A stretch of 64,000 nucleotides of DNA from Bacteroidota bacterium (lineage in GTDB: Bacteria > Bacteroidota > Bacteroidia > Chitinophagales > JADIYW01), in NCBI GenBank assembly GCA_020436225.1, contig JAGQYE010000086.1, forward strand, positions 4,410-68,409. Reading direction: 5' to 3'. Under the pieces are notes generated by a model. That model was not told where the DNA came from, searched no databases, and was given only the letters and a program-made list of their open reading frames with translations. Of this stretch, positions 40,531 to 50,770 are shown piece by piece (position 1 is the stretch's first letter; each line of letters opens with the position of its first letter). The position numbers and the translations under genes are program-made.

Positions 40531-41088
40531 TTATTTCTTCCATTTAATTCCACAACCTAAACTTGGAGTTTGTTGTTCACTAATTGGGTGATTATTCAAC
40601 AAATTATCCAATGCATTTTTAATATCTTTTCCATCAGAAATACTATCATTTTTTGGTCTGGAATCATCTAATTGACCGCGATACACACACTTTAAATCCT
40701 TATCAAAAATACTAAAATCAGGTGTGCATGCTGCAAAATAGGCTTTGGCAATATCTTGTGTTTCGTCATACAGATATGGAAAAGGATAATGTTGTTCTTT
40801 GGCTGTTAATTTCATTAAATCAGGTGCATCGTCCGGATAATTCTCGACATCATTTGAGCTGATGGCAACAAATGCAATACCTCTCGGAATATAATGATTA
40901 GCCAATTGTACTAATTGCCGGTTGACGTGTTTCACGTACGGACAATGGTTGCAAATAAACATAACAACCGTTGCTTTCTCGCCTTTGAGTTCATTTAACG
41001 AAAGCATCTTATCGGAAACTGTATCTAATAAAGTAAAACTTGGTGCCGGAAATCCTAATGGAATTTGTGTGGTTTCAGTTGCTGCCAT
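40531..41088 (-). CDS. thioredoxin-fold protein (CxxC: CNHC)
   Basis: VVMFICNHCPYVKH, FPYLYDETQ, CTPDF, YRGQLDDSRP. Confidence 0.8.
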   Translation of the reverse strand: MAATETTQIPLGFPAPSFTLLDTVSDKMLSLNELKGEKATVVMFICNHCPYVKHVNRQLVQLANHYIPRGIAFVAISSNDVENYPDDAPDLMKLTAKEQHYPFPYLYDETQDIAKAYFAACTPDFSIFDKDLKCVYRGQLDDSRPKNDSISDGKDIKNALDNLLNNHPISEQQTPSLGCGIKWKK

Positions 41089-41121
41089 ATCAATAATTTT
41101 TAATGTATTTTCTAATGCAAT

Positions 41122-42486
41122 TTATTTTCGTTTATACACTTTTGCAAACATAGCATTTTTTGGTCTCAAGGTAACCAATGGATCTAATTCCGGAATGAAA
41201 TCATCGTTAATTTCTATCCTGAATTTTTGTAAAATCATTATCAATGCAATTTGCATTTCTTGAATGGCAAAATTATTACCTATGCATAATCTTGGTCCGC
41301 CACCGAATGGAAAATAAGCATATTTATGTTGGTCCTTATAATGTTCAAAAGAAAAACGTTCTGGTAAAAAATGATTTGGATTTTCCCAAATTTGTTCATC
41401 GTGATGCACCACATAAATCGGCATAATGACATTTGTTTCTTCAGGAATTTCATAACCATTTATTACATCTTTTTCAATGGTTTTTCTTCCAACAATCCAA
41501 GCTGGCGGGAAACAGCGCATAGATTCATCTATAACTTGTTTGAGATAATGCAAAGAGCGAATGTTTTGCGATGTTGGAGTTGCACCTTCTAATTTTTCAT
41601 CAATTTCTGCATATAATAAATCTCGTTTATCTTTATTTTGTGAAAGAAGATAAAGTGTCCACGATAATGCAATTTGTGTGGTTTCGTGTCCGGCAATAAA
41701 AATCGTTAAAATCTCATCTCGAAGTTGTCGTTTGCTCATTCCCTTTCCTGTTTCTTCATCTCGTGCATCCATCAACATAGAAAGTAAATCTTCATGTTGT
41801 TCTTTTTTATTTAATCGTCTATCAATTACTCCAAAGAAAACATCATCCATAGCTTTTAAGACAGCTTGTTCTTTTTTTCGGTGTGGAGTTTGAATCCAAT
41901 TTGGTAATCGTATAGGATTATTTACTCTGTCAATTATATATTCGTTGCCTTTGGAAACCAGATTATAAATCTCGTTCGTGGTGTTTTCTACTTCGTTATA
42001 AAACAAGGTGGAGTTGACGACATCTAACGTAATTTTATATAGAATTTCTGATAAGTTTATCGACTTATTCGTATCCGCATTTTTCTCTAAAACATCTACA
42101 CCTTTTTGAATTTGTGTCCGCATATTCTGAAACATCAACTGTAATTTTTCTTTATGAAATGCCGGTTGTGCCATTCTTCGTTGACGTTTCCAAAATTCGC
42201 CTTCGCTGGTAAGTAAGCCATTTCCGAGAAAAACTTTTATCGAATCATACGCAAAACTTTTGGTGTAATTTTTATTATTATCTACCAAAATATATTTTAC
42301 CCATTCAGGTTGTGTAACAACTATTATTTTTTTGCCGGGAATTCTTAACCGATAAATATTTCCAATCGTTTTTCGGTTCTCCATAAAAAAATTAATTTTC
42401 GCATCTCGAAGCTGGAGTAAATTTCCGAATAGTAGATTGGAAGTCTTCGGATGTGGTAATGATGAAAATTTTTTAATTACTGACAT
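41122..42486 (-). CDS. cytochrome P450
   Basis: Heme-thiolate loop FPFGGGPRLCIGNNFA, I-helix AGHETT, ExxR (ESMR). Start taken at MSVIKKF (ATG 42486). Confidence 0.92.
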   Translation of the reverse strand: MSVIKKFSSLPHPKTSNLLFGNLLQLRDAKINFFMENRKTIGNIYRLRIPGKKIIVVTQPEWVKYILVDNNKNYTKSFAYDSIKVFLGNGLLTSEGEFWKRQRRMAQPAFHKEKLQLMFQNMRTQIQKGVDVLEKNADTNKSINLSEILYKITLDVVNSTLFYNEVENTTNEIYNLVSKGNEYIIDRVNNPIRLPNWIQTPHRKKEQAVLKAMDDVFFGVIDRRLNKKEQHEDLLSMLMDARDEETGKGMSKRQLRDEILTIFIAGHETTQIALSWTLYLLSQNKDKRDLLYAEIDEKLEGATPTSQNIRSLHYLKQVIDESMRCFPPAWIVGRKTIEKDVINGYEIPEETNVIMPIYVVHHDEQIWENPNHFLPERFSFEHYKDQHKYAYFPFGGGPRLCIGNNFAIQEMQIALIMILQKFRIEINDDFIPELDPLVTLRPKNAMFAKVYKRK

Positions 42487-42546
42487 CTTGATTTTATTTC
42501 TATTTTTGAAGTTACTCTTTGTTTTTAAAAATTGAGTAAACAAAAG

Positions 42547-43251
42547 ATGAAAAAAATAGTTAGCATATTCTTTAAGTGGCTTAAACGCATTATCATAGCT
42601 TTTTTTATATTAAGTATTCTTTCTACAATCTTATTTCGATTTATTCCGGTGCCGATTACACCACTAATGTTGATACGTTGCGTAGAACAAATTGCTGATG
42701 GTAAAATGCCGAAAATTGATAAAGATTGGAAGCCTATCGATAAAATATCTTCTAATATGGTCTTGGCTGTTATAGCTTCAGAAGATCAAAAATTTGAAGA
42801 ACATTTTGGATTTGATATTGATGCGATTGAAAAAGCAATGAAGCAAAATGCTAAACTTCAAAAAAGAGGCAAACCTATAAAAGGTGGAAGCACTATTAGT
42901 CAACAATGTGCCAAGAATGTTTTTCTATTTCCGCAACGAAGTTGGATTAGAAAAGGATTTGAAGTCTATTTTACTTTTTTGATTGAAGTTTTTTGGAGTA
43001 AAGAACGTATTATGGAAGTTTATTTGAATGTAATTGAAACCGGAGATGGCATTTATGGTGCTCAAGCTGCAGCGCGCAATTTTTTTAATAAAGATGCGAT
43101 AAAATTAACACCATCAGAAGCAGCTACTATTGCTGCGGTATTGCCCAATCCGAGAAGATGGAGTGCTAAAAATCCTTCAACATATATCTTAAAAAGAAAA
43201 CGTTGGATAATGCGTCAAATGTCGCATTTAAATGGAAGCGTTGATTTATAA
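42547..43251 (+). CDS. mtgA: monofunctional peptidoglycan glycosyltransferase
   Basis: GT51 motifs ASEDQKFEEHFGFD and GGSTISQQ; N-terminal TM; no transpeptidase domain. Confidence 0.9.
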   Translation: MKKIVSIFFKWLKRIIIAFFILSILSTILFRFIPVPITPLMLIRCVEQIADGKMPKIDKDWKPIDKISSNMVLAVIASEDQKFEEHFGFDIDAIEKAMKQNAKLQKRGKPIKGGSTISQQCAKNVFLFPQRSWIRKGFEVYFTFLIEVFWSKERIMEVYLNVIETGDGIYGAQAAARNFFNKDAIKLTPSEAATIAAVLPNPRRWSAKNPSTYILKRKRWIMRQMSHLNGSVDL

Positions 43252-43300
43252 TTTAATTATTTCGAAAAACCAACGTTGTAAATATATTCTATATAAATTG

Positions 43301-43308
43301 TACTTTTG
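43301..43308 (+). promoter_or_regulatory. TAnnTTTG -7 box
   Basis: TACTTTTG ends 15 nt before ATG 43324. A TTG lies 22 nt upstream. Confidence 0.45.
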
Positions 43309-43323
43309 TTGCCTATCTAGTAA

Positions 43324-44475
43324 ATGACATTTCTCGACGGAAGAATATATTATATACGATTAGTTACGCATCTGCGATTTATTTATATTCATTGCATTTC
43401 GCATTTTACTATTAGACGTTTTTTTATTGGTTTATTGTATTTTTTTACGGTTCTACTTGTAAGTATTTTGAATATTACAACAAGAATTATCGACGAAATT
43501 ATATTTCCAAATTATCGCCACATCAACATCAAACATCCGGTTTTTATTATTAGTAATCCAAGAAGTGGAACTACATTTTTGCATAGGTTAATGTGTTTAG
43601 ATGAAGAAAAATTCGTTTACAATCTTTTATATCATACAACATTTCCATCGATAACATTATATAGGATTATCCAGTTTTTTAGTTTCATAGATAATAAAAT
43701 TGGGAAACCTTTAAATGGAATTGTTGAATGGATAAATAACAAAATGTTTAATGGCTGGGATGAAATTCATAAAACAGGATTTAATAAATCGGAAGAAGAT
43801 GAAGGCATGCATTTTATTTCTGGCATTTCTGCAAGTGTTGGCTTAGTTACTCCTTTTTTGAATGAGTTTAAAGAATTTTATATTCCTGATAAATTAGACG
43901 AAAGAACTCGGAATCGGATAAAAAAATATTATAAGAGTACCATTCAACGTTGGATGTATGCACTTGGAAGTGATAAAGTTTTTTTATCTAAAACAGTGAT
44001 GAGTTCGGGAAGATTGGAAATGTTGCGTGAAATATTTCCTGATGTAAAGATTGTTTTCTTGATTCGAAATCCATATCAGGCTATTCCATCATTTACTTCT
44101 ATGTTTGCCGAACCTTGGAAAGCCTTGCATCCTGATATTCCTGAAAATTCAGCCTATTACAGAGAATGGGGCGAATTAGGAATTTCTTACTATAAATATT
44201 TTAATGAGGAAAAGAAGAAATTCAAAGAAGAAAATTTAATTACTGTTCCTTATGCGGATTTAGTTTCCCATCCAAAACAAACTGTTCTTAATATTTACAA
44301 TCAACTTCAATTAAACACAACACCTGAATTTTTAGAACGTTTAGAAGAAGCAACATCTACAGCTCGAAAATATAAAAGCACACACAGTTATTCGTTAGAA
44401 ACTTATGGTTTCGAAAAAGAATATATCTACAACGAATTAAAATTTATTTTTGATGAATTTGGTTTTGAGCAATAA
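43324..44475 (+). CDS. membrane-anchored sulfotransferase family protein
   Basis: N-terminal hydrophobic segment; PAPS 5'-phosphosulfate loop-like ISNPRSGTTFLHRLM; later FLIRNPYQAIPS. Confidence 0.75.
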   Translation: MTFLDGRIYYIRLVTHLRFIYIHCISHFTIRRFFIGLLYFFTVLLVSILNITTRIIDEIIFPNYRHINIKHPVFIISNPRSGTTFLHRLMCLDEEKFVYNLLYHTTFPSITLYRIIQFFSFIDNKIGKPLNGIVEWINNKMFNGWDEIHKTGFNKSEEDEGMHFISGISASVGLVTPFLNEFKEFYIPDKLDERTRNRIKKYYKSTIQRWMYALGSDKVFLSKTVMSSGRLEMLREIFPDVKIVFLIRNPYQAIPSFTSMFAEPWKALHPDIPENSAYYREWGELGISYYKYFNEEKKKFKEENLITVPYADLVSHPKQTVLNIYNQLQLNTTPEFLERLEEATSTARKYKSTHSYSLETYGFEKEYIYNELKFIFDEFGFEQ

Positions 44476-44479
44476 AATC

Positions 44480-45478
44480 TTATCGCACAACTTTAATAAT
44501 TAATTCTTTCAGCAAATCAGCATTCGTGTTGTTGTTTGTGGCATACAAACCTTTTGCTTTTGCATCGTATTCGCAAAGTATTTGCAATATTTCCATTGTT
44601 TTTTGTTGAGAATAAAACTGTGTGCCTTTACTAACATCAGGTGGAAGCCAACCGATGGCTGCAGTTGTTGTTTTTACATCTTTCAATAAATGCAAAACAA
44701 GTAACTTACTAAAAAAATTATACATATATGCCAATACCTGAATAATATTGCCGGCTTTTGGATTGTGCTCAAAGTATAAAGCAATTTTCATGGCTTTAGA
44801 AAAATCTCTTCGTGTAATGGCATTATTGAATTCTGTTACATTGTATTCTTTAGAAATGCCGATATATTTTTCAATTAATTCTGCAGTAATTTCTGAGGAA
44901 TCGGCAAGCATTACTGATAGCTTATCAACTTCATTGGCTATGCGCGATAAATCATTTCCTAAATTTTCTGCCATCAATTTGGCTACATCATTTTTTATAT
45001 TTAATGATTTACTTTTTACATATCCTGAAATCCAATTGGGCAAAGCATCATCTGCAATTTTCTTGGAGTCGAAAAACAAAGTATGTTTTTCTATTACTTT
45101 TGATATTTTAGTTCGCTTGTCTAAGGGTTTATTTTTATGAGCAAAAACTAAAATCGTAGAGCTAATCGGGTTTGCAAAATATTTTTCGAATAAGCCAAAA
45201 TTTTCTGCTGTAAAATATTGTGCTTCCCGAACTACAACAACTCTTCTTTCGGCAAAAGTTGGATATTGTTTTGCATCATTTAAAACACTAACAACATCGG
45301 CATCTTTTCCGTAAAACAAAGAATAATTAAAATCTTTTTCGTGTGGCGCTAAAGCATTATCCGAAATATAATTTTCAATTAAGTCAATATAATAAGGTTC
45401 TTCGCCACATAAAAAATAAACAGGAGCAAATTTATTTGCTTGTAAATCTTTCCAAATAGAATCAATTGTTACAGCCAA
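44480..45478 (-). CDS. holA: DNA polymerase III subunit delta
   Basis: PVYFLCGEEPYYID N-terminus, 332 aa, helical C-terminal domain. Confidence 0.8.
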   Translation of the reverse strand: MAVTIDSIWKDLQANKFAPVYFLCGEEPYYIDLIENYISDNALAPHEKDFNYSLFYGKDADVVSVLNDAKQYPTFAERRVVVVREAQYFTAENFGLFEKYFANPISSTILVFAHKNKPLDKRTKISKVIEKHTLFFDSKKIADDALPNWISGYVKSKSLNIKNDVAKLMAENLGNDLSRIANEVDKLSVMLADSSEITAELIEKYIGISKEYNVTEFNNAITRRDFSKAMKIALYFEHNPKAGNIIQVLAYMYNFFSKLLVLHLLKDVKTTTAAIGWLPPDVSKGTQFYSQQKTMEILQILCEYDAKAKGLYATNNNTNADLLKELIIKVVR

Positions 45479-45580
45479 AAGAAAAAAAATTAGAAGTACA
45501 AAATACGATTATATACTATTTCAAAAAAATAGAAAAATATAAATTCTTCAACAAAAAGGAAGAAATAGTAAACAAAAAAA

Positions 45581-46963
45581 TCAACCTTTCAAGAAATCGG
45601 TAATATCTTTTTTCATTTTTTGGGCAATGGCATTAGCAGTTTGTTCTGTAGAACTTTCGGCATAAATCCGAATGATTGGTTCTGTATTTGAGCCACGCAA
45701 ATGCACCCAATCTTCGTCGATGTCGATGCGCAAACCATCAATAGTAATTTGTGGATATTGCTTGAATTTTTCTTGGATAAATTGAATGATTTTTTCTAAA
45801 TCCATTCCTTCTTCCAATTGAATCTTATTTTTAGAAATTACATAGTTTGGATATTGCGTTCTGAGTGCGTGCACACTTTTTTTTGTTTTTGCCCAATGCG
45901 TTAAAAATAAGGCAATTCCAACTAATGCATCTCTTCCATAATGCAATTCAGGTAAAATAATTCCACCATTTCCTTCTCCACCAATAACGGCGTTGGTTTC
46001 TTTCATTTTCTCAACCACGTTGACTTCGCCAACTGCAGAAGCCGAATATTCTACGTTATGTTTAATGCTAATATCTTTTAGTGCTTTCGTTGATGATAAA
46101 TTAGAAACTGTATTTCCTTTTTTATGTTGCAGGATAAAATCTGCAACAGCAACTAAAGTATATTCTTCGCCAAATGGCATTCCTTTTTCGTCAATCAAAG
46201 CTAATCTATCTACGTCGGGATCAACGGCAATGCCAATATCTGCTTTTTGTTGTTTTACTTCTGATGCTAAGGATGACAGATGTTCCGGAAGTGGTTCCGG
46301 ATTGTGCGCAAATTTTCCGGTTGGTTCGCAGTTTAATTCGTGAATTATTTCAACGCCTAATTTTTTCAATAATTTAGGAACAGCGATGCCACCAACACTA
46401 TTCACAGCATCAACAACTACTTTAATATTCTTTGCTTTTATGGCTTCTATATCAATATATGGAAGTTCTAAAATTTTTTGAATATGATAATCTAAATAAT
46501 CTTTTTGTGTTTTAACACCTAATTTCTCTACTTCAACAAATTCAAATTTTCCGGCAGCTTTTTTTAATACATCTTGACCAATTTTTGCAGAAATAAATTC
46601 TCCTTTATTATTCAACAACTTTAAAGCATTCCATTGTTTCGGATTATGTGATGCAGTAATAATAATTCCTCCATCAGCTTCTTCAGCAACAACAGCCATT
46701 TCTACTGTTGGTGTGGTGGCTAAACCTATATCTACTACATGAATACCAATGCTTAATAAATTTCCAATTACAATGTGGTGCACCATATCACCCGAAAGTC
46801 GAGCATCTCTACCAACAACAATTTTTTTTGCTGATTCCGATTTAGATTTTAAGATAGAACCGAATGCCAAAGTAAATTTAGCGATATCAATCGGTGTTAA
46901 TCCATCTCCTGACTTACCACCTATTGTACCACGAATACCGGAAATTGATTTTATTAAAGACAA
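45581..46963 (-). CDS. glmM: phosphoglucosamine mutase
   Basis: Phosphoserine loop TASHNP, metal site AVDPDVDR, GGEGNGG. Confidence 0.9.
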   Translation of the reverse strand: MSLIKSISGIRGTIGGKSGDGLTPIDIAKFTLAFGSILKSKSESAKKIVVGRDARLSGDMVHHIVIGNLLSIGIHVVDIGLATTPTVEMAVVAEEADGGIIITASHNPKQWNALKLLNNKGEFISAKIGQDVLKKAAGKFEFVEVEKLGVKTQKDYLDYHIQKILELPYIDIEAIKAKNIKVVVDAVNSVGGIAVPKLLKKLGVEIIHELNCEPTGKFAHNPEPLPEHLSSLASEVKQQKADIGIAVDPDVDRLALIDEKGMPFGEEYTLVAVADFILQHKKGNTVSNLSSTKALKDISIKHNVEYSASAVGEVNVVEKMKETNAVIGGEGNGGIILPELHYGRDALVGIALFLTHWAKTKKSVHALRTQYPNYVISKNKIQLEEGMDLEKIIQFIQEKFKQYPQITIDGLRIDIDEDWVHLRGSNTEPIIRIYAESSTEQTANAIAQKMKKDITDFLKG

Positions 46964-47100
46964 AGTAAAATAAATTTAGAGAGGCAAAAGTAGCTAACTC
47001 AGCACTAAATAAGTCGAATAAGATAGTAACACTTGTTAAAATAATATTCCGATAAGATTAAGGTAGAAAAAGGATAATCTACTTTGAGTTCTCAAATCAG

Positions 47101-47655
47101 TTAACGTGTTGCAACTGTTGATTTTACACTAAACCACTGATAAACACCAAATAAGCCGAAAACATAGATTAAATCGCCTATCCAAGTAATTTTATTAAAC
47201 GGAATTGCTAATGTGTAACATTCAATTAAGCCTTTAATATTGTGTGCATACATATTTCCAAGCAACCAAACACCGAAGTTAGTGAGTACGAAAAACAAGA
47301 TAGATGATAAGATTGAATACAATGCTGTTTGAGAAAAATTAATGCCATCTTTTTGTAAAAATCGACCTAAAACAAAAATTAAAAGCAATGCTCCATAAGT
47401 AAAGAATAATGTGCCATGCAGAATATTGAAATTATTTAAAAATGATAATACAACATCAGAAATAAATAAACAAACTATAGGCAACAATACTGCATATTTT
47501 TCATCTTTTAACTTTGAGCCTGCAAATAATGCTACTGCAATAACCGGCGTAAAGTTGTATATAAATAGTTGGTTCGAAATGACTCTAAAAATCAAAACGG
47601 CAATAATTAAAATAGTTGCTAACCAGAAATTATATTTTTGAGAAGAATTTTTCAT
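47101..47655 (-). CDS. polytopic membrane protein (DUF6580-like putative transporter component)
   Basis: 184 aa with about 5-6 TM helices. The family name is from memory only. Confidence 0.45.
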   Translation of the reverse strand: MKNSSQKYNFWLATILIIAVLIFRVISNQLFIYNFTPVIAVALFAGSKLKDEKYAVLLPIVCLFISDVVLSFLNNFNILHGTLFFTYGALLLIFVLGRFLQKDGINFSQTALYSILSSILFFVLTNFGVWLLGNMYAHNIKGLIECYTLAIPFNKITWIGDLIYVFGLFGVYQWFSVKSTVATR

Positions 47656-47703
47656 GCAACAAATATACGAAATGTAGCTATAATATTCAATGAGATTTTT
47701 TAA

Positions 47704-48255
47704 TTATTTCTCAGGGAATGTGCCTAAATGTGTAGAGAATTTTCCTAATTTTCTTTCTTCAAAATATTTTCGTAAGGCAAATGCCGAAGATGTAAATGCC
47801 AATTCGTTCCAAGGAATTTCTGATTCATCGAATAAGGCAGATTCAATACTTTCTTCGCCATTGCGTATAATGCCATCAGTTAATCGTGCTAAAAAATGAA
47901 TATATACTTGGTTGGCTTGTGGTAAATTATAAACCACAAATACTTTTTCAATTTCGATTTTTGTGCCTGCTTCTTCCCACGTTTCTCTTATCGCACCATC
48001 TTCTACTTTTTCAAAATCTTCGAGATAACCGGCAGGCAAATTCCAAAATCCTTTTCTTGGCTCTATTGCTCTTCTACATAATAATACTTTGTTTTCCCAA
48101 ACACATAAAGCACCTGCAACAATTTTGGGATTGGTATAATGAATCGTTGAGCAATATTCGCACACATAACGCTCACGACCTTCCGCATATTTTTTTATAA
48201 CTTTTTCACCACAATTGGAGCAATATTTTTGTAAATAAGACATATTATTTTTCAA
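47704..48255 (-). CDS. NUDIX hydrolase with N-terminal zinc ribbon
   Basis: CSNCGEK...CEYCSTIHY, then the Nudix box GYLEDFEKVEDGAIRETWEEAG. Confidence 0.88.
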   Translation of the reverse strand: MKNNMSYLQKYCSNCGEKVIKKYAEGRERYVCEYCSTIHYTNPKIVAGALCVWENKVLLCRRAIEPRKGFWNLPAGYLEDFEKVEDGAIRETWEEAGTKIEIEKVFVVYNLPQANQVYIHFLARLTDGIIRNGEESIESALFDESEIPWNELAFTSSAFALRKYFEERKLGKFSTHLGTFPEK

Positions 48256-49516
48256 AAATAAATGTTTTTACAGAATTGGGATCGTTGGCATTTCTATCTT
48301 CATAATCTGCTGTTTGCCATTTAATAAAACCTTTGATAGAGCTTGCTTCTGCAATCGCTGTTGGGTCGTTAATTTGCAATAGTTTTAAACCAAGATTAAT
48401 ATATGCTTTTCCATTATTTCCATAAGCATAAAATGGCATTCCGGGTTTCCAATTCTTAAAAAATAAATCAGCATTATACGTGCAAATGCCTGTTGAAGGT
48501 TGATACATATATCTCGTTATGGCAATATTTAATGATAACATGTGAGGCGTTTCCAATCGTTTGCGCAATAATCCACCTTCCTCTTTTGGAAGATGAATTT
48601 CAAGTTTATTAATTAAAGGTATGCCAATATTATATCCACTTGCTCCTTTGAGTTTTACATTATAAAATGCTTTTTGTTCTCTATAGATTTCATTTGGATC
48701 AATGTTAGGACGAGAAGTAAATGGTTTGAACCAACGATAATATTGTTTGAGAGAATTGCTTGTAACTAATACATTATCATTGTATCCTATAACTTGATAG
48801 GCAACTGTAAAATTATAGTCGAACCATTCGTTGTCGCCCGGCGTAAAATTCAAACATTCCGGCGAATCGCAATCGGCACCAAGGCTAATCGTTAAATCGA
48901 ATTGGAAAGAATCATTTTCAATTTTCAATTTCTGTACATCAATAATTAAATCGGATAGTTTATCAGCTTTTCCGGTGCCCATAATTTTTCCATCTTCTGA
49001 ATTTCTAACATATAAATCAAATCCATTTAAGACAACAAAAGCATGTTGATTCTTTTTAAATCCTTCAGGTAATTTTCCTTTTACAGTAATTATTTTGGTG
49101 GTTGATGTCGCTTCTCTTCCACGCACTATTGCTTGGATTTCAGAAGAAAAACTTCGGATTTTATTCGATTTTAGATACGTGAAATAAGTTGTATAATCCA
49201 AGATATCTCCACCTAATCCTGTTGCAGCTGAATGATTAAATACTGCTTTTACATGGTCATCTTGATGCATAATGCTTTGAATCCAATCGCCCATTCTATT
49301 TACTCGATGATTGTATGTCCAAATATGATAAAATCCTTGCCATAATAAAGTTGCATTGCCACTTGAGAATGAATCTGATTGATATTTTATTTTGGCAACT
49401 AAAGGAATATTTTTATTCGAGTTTGGTGTTCTTGTATAAATAATACTAATGTTACACCATATAATGTATAGTCCAAATAAAAACAGCAAGATTAAAAGAA
49501 TGTAGCGTTTTTTCAC
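48245..49516 (-). CDS. membrane-anchored hypothetical protein (423 aa)
   Basis: N-terminal hydrophobic anchor MKKRYILLILLFLFGLYIIW. 11-nt overlap with the downstream NUDIX gene. No motif recognised. Confidence 0.6.
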   Translation of the reverse strand: MKKRYILLILLFLFGLYIIWCNISIIYTRTPNSNKNIPLVAKIKYQSDSFSSGNATLLWQGFYHIWTYNHRVNRMGDWIQSIMHQDDHVKAVFNHSAATGLGGDILDYTTYFTYLKSNKIRSFSSEIQAIVRGREATSTTKIITVKGKLPEGFKKNQHAFVVLNGFDLYVRNSEDGKIMGTGKADKLSDLIIDVQKLKIENDSFQFDLTISLGADCDSPECLNFTPGDNEWFDYNFTVAYQVIGYNDNVLVTSNSLKQYYRWFKPFTSRPNIDPNEIYREQKAFYNVKLKGASGYNIGIPLINKLEIHLPKEEGGLLRKRLETPHMLSLNIAITRYMYQPSTGICTYNADLFFKNWKPGMPFYAYGNNGKAYINLGLKLLQINDPTAIAEASSIKGFIKWQTADYEDRNANDPNSVKTFIFEK

Positions 49517-49610
49517 GTATTGCTATTTAAACAAAAATAGACAATATTTTTTAGTATGTAAAATGTATGTTCAAAAAAACTAAGATGAGTAATGCTTGAT
49601 TAGACTTCAT

Positions 49611-49654
49611 CAAAAAATAAAAACCCGAATTACTTCGTATGAAATAATTCGGGT
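49611..49654 (-). terminator. rho-independent terminator after the B12-regulated operon
   Basis: On the minus strand, a 10-bp stem ACCCGAATTA/TAATTCGGGT with a 12-nt loop, followed by UUUUAUUUUUUG. Confidence 0.75.
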
Positions 49655-49693
49655 AAGGAAGTTTGTAAGCTTAATTTATTTTTTTTTATTTAA

Positions 49694-50770
49694 TTACATG
49701 TTAAAGTAAACACTGTTTGGAATAATGCCTACTTTCAAGGTATCTATTGCTGTTGCATTAGAATTATATCGAATAATTTTTCCGGCTTCATTGAAATTGC
49801 CTGCATCTAATGCCCAAATATTGTCAGTATAAGGATGTACTTCTAATCCATAAAAATAACTGTTAATTATAGGTGTTGCCGGTAAAGTTGTAGCTGTATA
49901 ATTTATTGAATAAACATGATTATCTACACAAACATAAAGTGTACTTCCATCTCCTGTTGCCGCCAAATTATCAACGCTACTAAAATCAGCAGTTACCGGC
50001 AATAATTCAATTTCTCTATCTACACTTTCTAAAGCAGGATTAATACGAACTAATTTCGCAGCAGATTGTCTGTCCGGAGTATAGGTTGGCGCAGGATAGG
50101 TTACATAACCTTTGCAAAGTACCCAAATATATCCTTGTGCATCACGTACAAATTCTGTTGGATTATCTCCTACTGTAATTGTATTCGAAACAGCATCTGT
50201 TGAAGTATTTATCACACTAATTGTATTTGCCGTACCAAAACCACCACTATTAGCCACCAAAACTTTTCCATTAGAAGCTATCATTTCTTCTGGTCCATTT
50301 CCAACAGAAATAGTTTTATCTATATTAAAAGTATTAAGGTTTAAGACTAATACAGTTCCTGTAAAACTTCCATTTGTTATATATGCTTTATTATTATTGA
50401 TGCCTAAAGCAAAACGCGGATAATCTGTTCCGGTTGTTACTTCTGCTAAATGCTTAAATGTACGAACATCAACAATGCTTACTTTTTGTGAATTGTTTAC
50501 GCAAATAATTCCAAGATTTCCAACTTTAGTAAATGATTGTACGATATCGCCTAACACTTGTCCGTTATTAGAACTTTCAAAAATATTATTGCTTACTTCA
50601 TTCGTTGGAGAAATGTAAGAAATGCTTCCGTTGTTTTTTGTAAATCCACCTTCATTAACAACAAACGCAGAGCCGTTTTCTGCATATGCATCTGATTTGT
50701 CGGTTTCTTCTTTTTGACAAGCAACAAGTACGCTAAATGTTAGCAATAATAATCCTAATTTTTTTTTCAT
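49694..50770 (-). CDS. surface lipoprotein, YVTN/YncE-like beta-propeller (DUF5074-like)
   Basis: Lipobox LVAC. Repeated ...V.V(I/L)(D/N)..T......I.VG..P... units. 4-nt overlap with the upstream receptor gene. Confidence 0.65.
   Translation of the reverse strand: MKKKLGLLLLTFSVLVACQKEETDKSDAYAENGSAFVVNEGGFTKNNGSISYISPTNEVSNNIFESSNNGQVLGDIVQSFTKVGNLGIICVNNSQKVSIVDVRTFKHLAEVTTGTDYPRFALGINNNKAYITNGSFTGTVLVLNLNTFNIDKTISVGNGPEEMIASNGKVLVANSGGFGTANTISVINTSTDAVSNTITVGDNPTEFVRDAQGYIWVLCKGYVTYPAPTYTPDRQSAAKLVRINPALESVDREIELLPVTADFSSVDNLAATGDGSTLYVCVDNHVYSINYTATTLPATPIINSYFYGLEVHPYTDNIWALDAGNFNEAGKIIRYNSNATAIDTLKVGIIPNSVYFNM

Noticed and set aside
47101-49516. Idea that the 423-aa/NUDIX/membrane genes belong to the B12-riboswitch operon
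   Set aside because: A strong rho-independent terminator (49611-49654, minus strand) plus a 177-nt gap separate them from the receptor/lipoprotein pair.
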